64,000 bases of DNA from a virus. Both the position numbers and the translations under genes were made by a program. Numbering within the stretch: position 1 is the stretch's first letter; every line of letters starts with the position of its first letter. This document shows, piece by piece, positions 49,549 through 59,700 of this stretch. A model generated the notes under the pieces. That model did no database searches. It saw only the letters and a list, made by a program, of their open reading frames with translations, and was not told the DNA's origin. The stretch lies in IMG/VR virus record IMGVR_UViG_3300027795_000039, positions 1-64,000 of that record; one strand, written 5' to 3'.

Positions 49549-50007
49549 ATGTTTGAAACCACGTCAGAAACCGCCTCGAATACCGCGACTCTCGACCTTA
49601 CCATCGTTGTCACTCGTGACCAGTACAAGGAAGCCATCACCAAGCTTCTCGATGAGCTGGACCGAGTCAGCAGCGAAATGCGCTGGTGCAGTGAGCGACA
49701 CCGTTACTTCAACGCGGTGATGGACGAATACTGCGATGGGGACGCTGACTTCGGCTTGGTACCCGAAGACACCAACTACGCGGCTCGGCTTCGTTCCATG
49801 CGAGCTCGCATCCTCTGGTACGCCAGGGCTGAGACGATCAAGCTGGACCTTGCGAACCGTCTCTTCACGGCTATGGGACTTCCCGAGTATGGTGGTGGCA
49901 ATAAGGCAGGTCCGAGGTACCGCGTGGAGTTGAATCTGGAACTCAGTGTCAGCGGTGACGACGGTCGTCGTTACCTTCAGCGAGAACTGAATGACATGGT
50001 CGCTTGA
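49549..50007 (+). CDS. Hypothetical protein (frame stays open 46 codons past the TGA)
   Basis: ORF track; manual extension to TGA at 50146-50148. Confidence 0.55.
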   Translation: MFETTSETASNTATLDLTIVVTRDQYKEAITKLLDELDRVSSEMRWCSERHRYFNAVMDEYCDGDADFGLVPEDTNYAARLRSMRARILWYARAETIKLDLANRLFTAMGLPEYGGGNKAGPRYRVELNLELSVSGDDGRRYLQRELNDMVA

Positions 50008-50138
50008 TCACTCGATGGTATACCGCAAAAGGATGACAATCGCTACATTCCCGGTTCGATCACTCTCGTGAGCACGCCATACGTTACCACTGTGACTAAC
50101 GAGGTGGTAGTCAACATCCAGGACACCGAGCGACCGAG

Positions 50139-50420
50139 CTACACCTGAGCATCTGACACCATCTCAGCATGACACCGCGGACATTCCGTGGCCCAAGCCT
50201 GACCATGAAACCGGCACGCGGTACACCGCGTGCCGGTTTTGGTTCCCAGGCTGAAAGACATCGGTGTTACCAGGCCGATGCTCCGGTGCTGCGAGCTGCG
50301 CAGTGACTTAGCGTCGTGATCTTCGAGAGTGATCGTGCCATTCGAGTTAGGTTTCAGTACCTCACCACGCATGGTAGTAAAACCTTGGCAGCCTGGCGGC
50401 AATGAAACCGTCTCACTCAT
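50139..50420 (-). CDS. Small Zn-ribbon protein
   Basis: CTAC...CPRC. Confidence 0.6.
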   Translation of the reverse strand: MSETVSLPPGCQGFTTMRGEVLKPNSNGTITLEDHDAKSLRSSQHRSIGLVTPMSFSLGTKTGTRCTACRFHGQAWATECPRCHAEMVSDAQV

Positions 50421-50432
50421 GTTTAGTTTCCT

Positions 50433-50702
50433 TCACTCATCAGTACACAAATGGTAACTAAGTGTTGCAGAGCTGGCAGCGATGGCATACAACGTGCTGC
50501 CAGAACTAGTTGGGTACCCCACGTAGGTAACAGTCGAGCTGGTACCAACGAGAGCTCCCGTGGCAACAGTAACTGCCGTACCGGTACCAATCGCTACAGC
50601 GGTACCGCTTGCTACTAGTGCCAGTGTAAATGGACCGGGTGGTACACGCAGTACGGTTACTGCGGTACCACCGACTACGACCTGCCCAAGATCCAATGCC
50701 AT
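50433..50702 (-). CDS. Small virion (decoration-like) protein
   Basis: Paralogous VTVATG / LYAIA pattern. Confidence 0.55.
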   Translation of the reverse strand: MALDLGQVVVGGTAVTVLRVPPGPFTLALVASGTAVAIGTGTAVTVATGALVGTSSTVTYVGYPTSSGSTLYAIAASSATLSYHLCTDE

Positions 50703-51187
50703 TAGACTGACAGCGCCGTAACACTCAGGTTAGTGGATTGTGAGGTAAGTACAAGTGCAACAGTACCGCCATTGACGTGATCAAGACGAGTTGGACTAGT
50801 GATACTGATTCCGGTGCCACCAGTGAGAGTGGACACAGTAACAGTTTCTGCCGCACCACTGGCACCCACGACGAGTACTTCACCAACACTGTAGTTACCG
50901 GATGACGTTAGCGCCACCGTGGTACCGCCAGCGGCAGCGTTTGACGCAAGCGTGGTTCCGGTACCGGTGGTACTCACCGCTCCAATCGCGTAGAGAGTAG
51001 ATGGTGCGTTGGGGAATGCCACTTCTGCGTTTACATACAGCGGCAATCCAGTCGCTGACGTTACATCAGAACCACCCAGGTAGATAACACTTGGACCTGA
51101 GTTGTAGATGGTAACGCTGGGACTGTGCGCCGATGGATTCGGCACGAACACCGGTACTGCCACGTTACCTACCGCGAAGTTCGCCAT
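50702..51187 (-). CDS. Small virion (decoration-like) protein
   Basis: VTIYNSG..VIYLGG..VTSATGLPL, LYAI. Confidence 0.6.
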   Translation of the reverse strand: MANFAVGNVAVPVFVPNPSAHSPSVTIYNSGPSVIYLGGSDVTSATGLPLYVNAEVAFPNAPSTLYAIGAVSTTGTGTTLASNAAAGGTTVALTSSGNYSVGEVLVVGASGAAETVTVSTLTGGTGISITSPTRLDHVNGGTVALVLTSQSTNLSVTALSV

Positions 51188-51227
51188 CGGCGCCTCGCCT
51201 CCTTCTGGCTAAGTTGGATCCGGTAAG

Positions 51228-51560
51228 TTAGTCCACGAGGCCTTGCGTGGTAAGACCAGCGTTGATGGTCGTGGTACCAGCTGCGGTGATGGCATACAGG
51301 TCGTGAGTGGTGGTACCACTCGTGGTGCTGTACCCCTCAATGAGGACTTGCTGACCTGGTGCGAGTGGCAACGCAGCGCTAGTAGTACTGGATCCGCCGA
51401 TGAATGCGGTCGTGGTACCTGAATTGAAGAGAGTGACGTTCTTAAGCGTCACCGCAGGGGTGATCGCAGCCAGCGTGGTGATTGAGCCACCGAACACCAG
51501 TGTGGCGCTGTTGGTGACGCTGGTGCTTTGGTACGCTGGGCCGTTGGCGTAAATAGCCAC
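51228..51560 (-). CDS. Small virion (decoration-like) protein
   Basis: VTLFNSG..TAFIGG...ALPL, LYAI. Confidence 0.6.
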   Translation of the reverse strand: MAIYANGPAYQSTSVTNSATLVFGGSITTLAAITPAVTLKNVTLFNSGTTTAFIGGSSTTSAALPLAPGQQVLIEGYSTTSGTTTHDLYAITAAGTTTINAGLTTQGLVD

Positions 51561-51624
51561 GAGGCTGTCCTTCCGGTTGATGATGTGGTATAATTACAGT
51601 AAGAAGGAAAAGGAAGTGAAGATC

Positions 51625-52041
51625 ATGACCGAAGAAACGGCCCCACGAGTTATCCTTAGTGAGATCGTGTGGCCTGAGTACAACAGCATCATGTACGTCA
51701 TGGCCACGCCAACTGCTGGTGGTGCAGTAACGGCCACAGTTATGGTCGGCGGTTACCCGATGGCATTCATGGATAGCTCCTACCAGCTGACCCCGCTAGT
51801 AGACCCGGATGCTGACCAGTTCAGCGAGAGCGTTACCAACCTGGTTATCTTCTACGCTCACATCGGCGTAATTCGTAAGGATGTCGTCACCAGGTGGCTG
51901 GCAAACCAGGAAGAGCGATCACTACGAGCCATCCTTGATGACAGTGGTGACCAGGGTTACGAGTGGCTCGCATTCAGTGAGACACTTGCCATGCTGCTTC
52001 ACCGGATGTACCCAGACTCGATGCCGAAGCCGGAGGTTTAG
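51625..52041 (+). CDS. Hypothetical protein
   Basis: After TGTGGTATAAT and purine-rich leader. Confidence 0.6.
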   Translation: MTEETAPRVILSEIVWPEYNSIMYVMATPTAGGAVTATVMVGGYPMAFMDSSYQLTPLVDPDADQFSESVTNLVIFYAHIGVIRKDVVTRWLANQEERSLRAILDDSGDQGYEWLAFSETLAMLLHRMYPDSMPKPEV

Positions 52042-52047
52042 TCCACG

Positions 52048-52632
52048 ATGGGGTATGACATCGACTTCGATGGGCAGGTTACCGTCACCCCGCCGCTTAA
52101 TGCGGCGGAGGTGGCGTTTCTGAAGCGATTTGCTAAGACACGTCATTGTGCGTGTCAATCGAGTAAGTGGGTCGCTGATGAAACGCTTTACTGTCCACCA
52201 GACAGACGTACTTATTGTACAGCTTCACACCTTGATAATCCCGGTTACTACTGTAAGTGGGAACCAAGTGATGATGGTACCACTATCCAGTGGAATGAGC
52301 AAGAAAAATTCGATGATGGTGAAGAATGGATGCAATTCCTCATCGAGGAATTTCTCAAACCAAACGCAAACATCTTTACCACGTTGATTCCAGTTATCAA
52401 CGGTGTGGCGGTTACTGACGCTCACCTTATCTTTGAGATAAGCGGCCACGTTCTCAATGGTGTCATCGACGCGCAGGGTGAAGAACCGGATGACCGGTGG
52501 AAGCTTGTGGTAAAAGACAACGTGGTTACGGTAGTGGAACCCACAGTTACCTGGCCTGTTGATGATGAGCCGGTAATCGTGAAGAGCTACGTGGTCGCCG
52601 GTGAAATCGAGAGTGGTGACGTGAAGTCATGA
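52048..52632 (+). CDS. Conserved phage hypothetical protein
   Basis: MGYDIDFDG, PGYYCKW, LNGVIDAQGEE. Confidence 0.65.
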   Translation: MGYDIDFDGQVTVTPPLNAAEVAFLKRFAKTRHCACQSSKWVADETLYCPPDRRTYCTASHLDNPGYYCKWEPSDDGTTIQWNEQEKFDDGEEWMQFLIEEFLKPNANIFTTLIPVINGVAVTDAHLIFEISGHVLNGVIDAQGEEPDDRWKLVVKDNVVTVVEPTVTWPVDDEPVIVKSYVVAGEIESGDVKS

Positions 52633-53054
52633 GCGATAGCAACTGGTCATACGACCCACGAGATGATATCGCAAATCTGCTGAGCGAGCTTCGGCCGCTG
52701 TGGGAATCACGTAAGCTTGGTCCAGCAGCTGCACATTATGAAGCCATCATCGAGGGACTCGGACAAGCTCGACTACTCACGATGGGTGAGTGGCAGGCTG
52801 CTGTCGACGAGGCATTGCCACAGCCAGTTACCCAGCATGAAGATCGCTGGAAGACGATGCAGACTGCGCGACGAAGCGTGTATGAACTCGCGGTGCAGTT
52901 CGCGATGCTGCAAGAGGGTAAGGCACGTGGTAGCGCTGATGCTCTCGAGCTTAAACACGACGATTACGCGAGGTTCTTCGCGGGGCAATACTCGGCGTGG
53001 GGTATTGCGCGATCTTACCTCGAGGCTGGGCTCAAAGAAAACGACAAGGACTGA
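52629..53054 (+). CDS. Hypothetical protein
   Basis: ATGA coupling. Confidence 0.55.
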   Translation: MSDSNWSYDPRDDIANLLSELRPLWESRKLGPAAAHYEAIIEGLGQARLLTMGEWQAAVDEALPQPVTQHEDRWKTMQTARRSVYELAVQFAMLQEGKARGSADALELKHDDYARFFAGQYSAWGIARSYLEAGLKENDKD

Positions 53055-53062
53055 GGAGAATC

Positions 53063-53455
53063 ATGGCGAAGATGAGCAGCGCTAAGTTGCTTGAGGCATT
53101 CAAGGAAATGACCGTGCTCGAGTTGTCCGAGTTCGTGAAAACATTCGAGGAGACATTCGAGGTGAAAGCCGCGGTACCGATGGTTTCCACGGATGGTGGT
53201 GGTACTGGTCCAACCATACCTGTCATCGTGGAAGATGAGGAGCCAGACGAGTTTGATGTTATCATCGAAGCTGCTGGTAGCACTAAGATCCAGGTCATCA
53301 AAGAGGTGCGTGTTCTTACCAAGCTCGGGCTGAAGGAGGCCAAGGACCTGGTGGACGGGGCACCGAAGGTGGTACTGGAAGCTGTTAATAAGGAAACCAT
53401 GGAGAAGGCGAAGGCTTCTCTCGAGAGTGCTGGTGCCACCATCACGGTTAAGTAA
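53063..53455 (+). CDS. rplL: Ribosomal protein bL12 (L7/L12)
   Basis: [26 protein letters not shown]; [26 protein letters not shown]; GAGGAG RBS. Confidence 0.95.
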   Translation: MAKMSSAKLLEAFKEMTVLELSEFVKTFEETFEVKAAVPMVSTDGGGTGPTIPVIVEDEEPDEFDVIIEAAGSTKIQVIKEVRVLTKLGLKEAKDLVDGAPKVVLEAVNKETMEKAKASLESAGATITVK

Positions 53456-53476
53456 CTAACTCAGGAGAATCAACAC

Positions 53477-54091
53477 GTGATTGCTCAGATTACCGCTCCG
53501 ATCATCATCGGAACTGCGTTGTTGAGTGGTATGGCAGCGCAGCCATCATCACCAAGACTATCGCCGATTCCACAAAAAGCGATAACAGAAGGTGAGGCAT
53601 ACACAGCCACAGGTCAGATCCGGCCAGCGGATAACGCACACTGGTGCTTGACTGCAGACAGTAGCACGGGGAATAATACCCCACTATACGTGCTACCGTG
53701 CATTAAAGGATCATCGCTGCAGACCTGGTTCATGTACCGAATTCCACAGTCTGGTGGAATTAACCTGGAGGCGTACCCGGACGCGATCGTGGGGCAACGC
53801 GGATCATCGCATAACGCGGTGATCATCAACAACGGTCCGAACCCTACACCGAGTAACACAACCACTCTCGTGTACTTCACACCATATGAGAAGGGATGGC
53901 TTCTCGACGTTAAGAAGGGGAAGCTGCTCTGGTTCCTGACGATTCCATCACACCTGGTGGCTAGGAAGATGTACACCGTGCAGTGGAGCTCGGTAACAAG
54001 TAACAATAAGAAGAGCGTGGAGTGGCTGCTACCAGATTGGCAAGACCTGGATACTGAACCAGTAGTTCCAGGTGCTGGTAAGACGAAGTAA
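53477..54091 (+). CDS. Secreted ricin-B-lectin-like protein (paralog of 18824..19411)
   Basis: Y.A.GQI.P......WCLT...PC....Q.W shared. Confidence 0.6.
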   Translation: MIAQITAPIIIGTALLSGMAAQPSSPRLSPIPQKAITEGEAYTATGQIRPADNAHWCLTADSSTGNNTPLYVLPCIKGSSLQTWFMYRIPQSGGINLEAYPDAIVGQRGSSHNAVIINNGPNPTPSNTTTLVYFTPYEKGWLLDVKKGKLLWFLTIPSHLVARKMYTVQWSSVTSNNKKSVEWLLPDWQDLDTEPVVPGAGKTK

Positions 54092-54507
54092 TGGATGAAC
54101 GACCAGAAGAGGCATTCAACTCTTCATGCATGCGACACGACATGGATGCCGCGAAGTGGGCGTTGCGACGGGAGCGGTACTTGCGATCGATGATGTCGGA
54201 TGTTAGCTACCTCATCGGTAACAACGCCGCTTGAGGAGATGCGTGGTTCGAGGAGTGTCAGCAGGAACGGCGGTGGCTGGGAGCGGAGGCTAAGATGATG
54301 ATGTGTGCTTACCGTGGTGAATTGTAAATGTGAGAAGGGATTACTATGACAACACCGATTGAGGCAGTGCAGGTGATACTTGCGCAAGCGCGTGGACTTC
54401 AGATGGCGATTGACGAAGCTAGAACAAACGGTTGCTCATGCAGTCCATGTGAGACACTGCGTGGTATGGCGATGACCATGGATACTACTGAGTCGTAGTA
54501 CGTAATA

Positions 54508-55836
54508 TTACACGTCATTATCTGGCATAACAACACTTAGGTTTACTGTTCCGTCTGCATCCACACTATCTACACGATACGTGGTTCCTCGAGGGAGGAT
54601 ATGCTCCTGTACTCCCTTATCACCGTTTACCATGTTGTACCCACGTGGTATGGTAATTTTCATCACGCGAGGAGTACCAGGTGTTATTTTCAAATCAACG
54701 AGTGGTGATTCAGTTTGCCCAGGCTGCAGTTGACCAGCGCGCGCGTAAGCAAAATTAGTCGCTTCTTCTTTGCTTTCAGTCGTTGATCCAAATGCTTTGT
54801 CGGTGAATTTCATACCTGGTTTAAGCTCAAAATCAGCGGGAGCTGACATTCCACGATACACCGTGGTATCTTGTCGTGCCCAGCTTTTAGCGATTGCACT
54901 ATCTAGGATCCCGATGTCACCGCTTACACCAGACAGATATGAACCGTCACCTCGTCGCAGTGCAGGGTTAAAGTAATCAGCGCCACCACTACGTGGTCTT
55001 TCGTAATCCTTTAGTAGGTACTTTTCTGGGTTTGATAGCTTACCAAATGGTGCATCTGGGTTATCTGCAACGCGTTTTGGCTCAGACAACGTCATTCGCT
55101 TAGACGCACCAGGACCAGGGATACCATCATATTTAATACTATTAGATAGTTTAAATGCTTGAGATCTTCTCAAACCAATCGGTGTATCTTTGTTGTTAAC
55201 GTGCCACGCTTGAGAAGCCAAATACAGATGATGATATGCCAGCGTTGGTGAACTATTATTAAGCGCTTCTTCTGCCTTAGGCAAGTGCTTACCGACAATT
55301 TTTTGCTCATCTTCTGGCAAGCTAGTGAATTGTTGTTGAATAGCTGGATCATTACTCAAAATTGAGAAGTGATCTGGTTCCACTTTATCGCTAACGACAT
55401 CTTCAACGTGATTAGCTGGTGTACCAATCGTTTTCTTTGGTGGTTTTACACCATCTTCACGTTGTGTTTTACCAGAATTAAAGTGACCTGCCAATGTTCT
55501 AACAGCAGTTTCACGGTCTTTATGAGATGAGGTATGACCATCTGAGTGTGTGGCCGTGTATTTACCGGTAATACCGCGGTCAACGCGACCAACACTGTAA
55601 CCAGACGGTTTATGTACCACGGTGCCATCACGTTTTACTGACAGATCGGCTGTTTTTAGCTTATCTGGTTTATCACCACAAGGAGGACGCACGCAGATGA
55701 AGCCGTGGATATACCCTTCAGCACCAACCTTAATGACATCTGGTATCACTGACATAAGTGGCATCAGTCGCTCAAACGCACGTTCATCTACCTGGCGCTT
55801 GGCGTCAGATAGATTACTGAACAGCGAAGCGATCAT
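54508..55836 (-). CDS. Putative head-packaged VIP2-like ADP-ribosyltransferase
   Basis: KVGAEGYIHG N-terminus; NPALR, VYRG, FGSTT, EHILPRGT. Confidence 0.8.
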   Translation of the reverse strand: MIASLFSNLSDAKRQVDERAFERLMPLMSVIPDVIKVGAEGYIHGFICVRPPCGDKPDKLKTADLSVKRDGTVVHKPSGYSVGRVDRGITGKYTATHSDGHTSSHKDRETAVRTLAGHFNSGKTQREDGVKPPKKTIGTPANHVEDVVSDKVEPDHFSILSNDPAIQQQFTSLPEDEQKIVGKHLPKAEEALNNSSPTLAYHHLYLASQAWHVNNKDTPIGLRRSQAFKLSNSIKYDGIPGPGASKRMTLSEPKRVADNPDAPFGKLSNPEKYLLKDYERPRSGGADYFNPALRRGDGSYLSGVSGDIGILDSAIAKSWARQDTTVYRGMSAPADFELKPGMKFTDKAFGSTTESKEEATNFAYARAGQLQPGQTESPLVDLKITPGTPRVMKITIPRGYNMVNGDKGVQEHILPRGTTYRVDSVDADGTVNLSVVMPDNDV

Positions 55837-55842
55837 GATGCC

Positions 55843-56640
55843 TCAATTATTCATGCCGATGTTGAGCGCCTGGTGGAGAGTGGGGATGAAGGAGTTGTTG
55901 TCGATGGAAGCGTGGGTGATGCGATGAGTACGATAACCTTTTTCAAGATGATATGTATCGCGTTTTGCATCATGTACCCGAGCCGAATGAGCGGTGTGAG
56001 CTAGACCATCGATTTCGATGTCTAGATTACATGATGGAATAAACAAATCTATTTCGTGACCGGTATCGATGTAATGTGGATCATATTCGATACCAATTTC
56101 ATCTAGATATGTCGCTACAATTGACTCATACGGATACAGTGGTGTATTTTTAAGCAATTGAAGCATGCGTTGCTTCGCTTGCTCACGATGCCCTTCACGA
56201 TCCCAGTGATACAACGGTTGATTAGGATCATCCCAGAGTCGGCGAGCGATTTCTGCTTGTTTTTCACGCTCTGCTGGGTCTTCGTACCGTTTGATCATCA
56301 TCTGACGCTGCGGTTCACGCATCTCAGGATTATTACGGTAGCTTTCTCGACCTTTCGCCTGAGCTGCACGAAATGTTTCAGTTTCACGGAACCGTCGTTG
56401 CGCCTCGTGCCATGCTTCTGATTTATTCGCGCCGTTAGAACCTTGTTTTTGGACTTCAACACCGGCATTAACGAGCAATTCTCGTGCTCTCCAATATTGG
56501 ATATCGTACAGCTCACCGAGCCTGCTTAGACTACCAGTGCGTTCATAATCAGCTTGAAGCTGTTCTCTACTAAGAGCAGACGCCGCCAGAAAATTTTGTT
56601 CGATTTCCTGGCGGCGCTGCTTACCACGATTATTTCCCAA
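55843..56640 (-). CDS. Free-standing Vsr/DUF559 (EDxHD-type) homing endonuclease
   Basis: IDLFIP..NLDIEIDGLAH...HDAKRD..L..KGYRTHRI; N-terminus paralogous to the intron-5 ORF. Confidence 0.75.
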   Translation of the reverse strand: MGNNRGKQRRQEIEQNFLAASALSREQLQADYERTGSLSRLGELYDIQYWRARELLVNAGVEVQKQGSNGANKSEAWHEAQRRFRETETFRAAQAKGRESYRNNPEMREPQRQMMIKRYEDPAEREKQAEIARRLWDDPNQPLYHWDREGHREQAKQRMLQLLKNTPLYPYESIVATYLDEIGIEYDPHYIDTGHEIDLFIPSCNLDIEIDGLAHTAHSARVHDAKRDTYHLEKGYRTHRITHASIDNNSFIPTLHQALNIGMNN

Positions 56641-56716
56641 TTAACTGGACTCTTGTGGGATAATTTGGCTCACCAAATTATTATACCATAGAGAAATGTC
56701 ATTGGAAAATAATATA

Positions 56717-59700
56717 TTATGAGTATGGCGTGGTGTCCGATACTTGACAGTAAACTTTGTTACCAGTAAAATACTGGGCTAAGTCGTTTCCGCTTAGCTC
56801 TACGTGTTTCCACGCAGCTCAGACTCTCTCTTCATCTCGTTACACGAGAGCATCGTACATAGTCGTTGAACCTTCCCATCGCTTTCGCAGGTGGGCTCGG
56901 CTGCTGATTTTCCCTACTACCAGCTTCTCAAACCATCACGCTCATGTTTTCACATCACGTTGTGGTGCTGATATTTAATGGGAGGTTCCAGCAATTCTCG
57001 ATGTTATTGCCCGTTTCTCGCGAAACGGCGACCCTCACATTGTCGAAAGGCCTTGTAGAATTCCGGAGTAGAATGGCGCGTAGCTGACGAGCGCTCCATA
57101 GCAAGCTGTTACTACATGATTACTCATGCGACCAGATCGTTTCCGTCTGGTTCTCATGATTTACCATCTCATGAGATCGGACTGTCTCTTGATCTGCGAT
57201 ATTAACCACGTAATGCCTCGTAGCTGATATCATAACACAGATCCGGTACATACAGTCTCTGCACGCTGGTAGGCATTACCAACGCTCAGGATTCCCTATT
57301 ATAATGCAGGTAGGGTTCCCTGAACAGTACCGATTCACTTATTCTGTTACCAGAATAGTGCCCCTAATAAACGAGGAACAATGAATATCGGAAGGACGCG
57401 TCAATTACAGGCCACGCGATACTAACATAATCCTGGACGCCTTTTTGTTACTTAATTGAGCCATTATAGCTGCAATTAGAATTGGTCATTTCTGCCAATT
57501 TCTTACTATCTCCAGTAAGAACAGAGCACATCTTCATCCTGTTTCCAGGAGCCACGTGCATGCTCGTTGAACCTTCTCGTCATCATATGATAGGCGAGCT
57601 CGGCTGCTGATTTTCTCTGTCATTAGTTTCTCAAACCATCACGCTCGGTTTTTCAACTCACGTTGTGGTACTAATGCTTACCGAGATGTTCCAGCAATTC
57701 TCGTGGTTTATCATTACTCGTTACCGAGTATGGACCCGCTAATTCAGGTCATTTCCCAGGCATTCAGTATTGTTAAGTGCATATTAATACGCACTGCTTA
57801 GTCATTTCTGCTAAGCTCTGCATGTCTCCATGCAGCTCAGCCCATATCTTCATCCGTAAAGGACGCACCGTACATGGTCGTTGAACCTTCCTGTCGCTTT
57901 TTAAAGCAGGCAGGCTCGGCTGCTGATTGCCCCTGCTAACGCATTCTCAGGCATTCGCGTTTGCATTTTCATGCTACGCTGTAGCTGCGTTAGGTGGTAC
58001 GGGTTTTCCAGCAATTCTCGGTGTTTTCACTCACTCGTTACCGAGTGAGGCGCCAATTTTTACTTAGCGACGTTCGTCCACGTCTGCGGCAACTGATACG
58101 TTTGCAGCAGTGCGGTGCCTTGCGTAAGCCACGGGTGAACGACGAGGTTAAGGATAGACCGGGTAATCGGGTTCTGGAACTGCGAAACCGCCGCACCGAT
58201 CTTAACGCCACCAACATCAGGCTGGTCAAGGAACAGCCGGTAGTTCGTGGCTGCACCCTGGCTGATGATGTCGGTGGAGAGGCGCATGAGGTCGCCACCG
58301 TCGCCGACGATTTCCGCCGGGTCAGCACGGAACGCGCCTGGGTTGGTGAAGACGGATTCCCACAGTCCATCCAGCGCCTGGTAAATCGCGTTGTAGGAGA
58401 GATGGGTGCCGACATTCGGGTTGTAGTAGCCACCCTGCCACCCGGATGGGTAGACACTGGAGGTGGCTGACTTACCGGTCAGCGTCGGGATGATGCCTTC
58501 CATCCTGGTGTTCGCGCCGGTGCCAGTGTCGGTCGTCGGAGCGGTGGTGCCGATGGTTGGAATCGCACCCTGGAGCGTATAACGGACACCACCAACACCG
58601 GTGGCCATGCGGTACTGGTTACCCGCGCCCGTGGTGGTGCTGGCATAGATGTTGTACTGCAGCCCCGCATTGACGTATGGGATGGTAACGTCAACAACGC
58701 TACCAGTCGTCAGGGTGATGGAGCTGTTGGCGCTGCTGGCAGCCGTTTCGCCGTAGTAGTTCGTGGCGGTGACAGTGACGTACAGCGTGCCTGAGGTTGG
58801 AGAGAGTGGAGTTTCATTGGAACCTGCGGTACGAAGAGTGCAGGTTGGAGCGGATGGAGTTGTTAGCTTGACGCTGGAGTGGGAGAGCATTGCATATTCT
58901 TCGCCCCATTTTGTTACTCATCACTTACGTGATGGGGCACGTTATTTCTACGTGCCTCTGCAGGTTTACCATACCAGCAGTTCGGACTGTCTCTTAATCC
59001 GTGGCTAATCATGCATGTCGCTTCACATAAATTATCCGTAGCGGATTCGGTACATACAGTCTCTGCACACCATAAAGCGTTATGGTGCTCACGATTCCCC
59101 AGTAACATGGTGGGGTTCCCTGAACAGTACCATACATCTACACAATTACTTGCGTAGCGGACCAGCGATGATCATCATCTCTTGCAAGAGAATCAGGGAT
59201 GCCAATGCACTTACATCTTCGAACGGAGTTGTTACTTCCTAATAACTGAGAGTTATTTACTCTCATTGTCATCATCAGGAGAGCAGGTCATTTCTGCCTG
59301 CTTCTGCATTTTTTCCATCAATGCAGACCGGACTATATCATCGTCACTTTTTCGTCTACCAACTTGTGCCGACCGTAGAAGTCCATACGTACGTTGAGGT
59401 GAGCGAATTGTACATTCTGGGTTTTCTTCCGCTGGAATGCTGAGTGATCTAACACATTCATCCGCATGAGCGAATATGTCTTCAGCTGCGAATCTTACAA
59501 TTTCTATCCCAGAATCACGTATCTCTCGTGATCGCTTTACGTTGTACTCTTCCATAACACGATCTGGCTTAGCATCAATTTCGATAGCGAGAAGCCGGTC
59601 ATGAAGAAGTACATCAACGTAGTATTTACCACGTAGTACGATGGCATTTGAGGTAAATGAAACTGACGCTCGTTTAAGAGCATCTTGCAATTCAGCTTCA

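Noticed and set aside
52997-53455. rplL as evidence of host chromosomal DNA
   Set aside because: No rplJ or rpoB context; it is embedded among phage genes.
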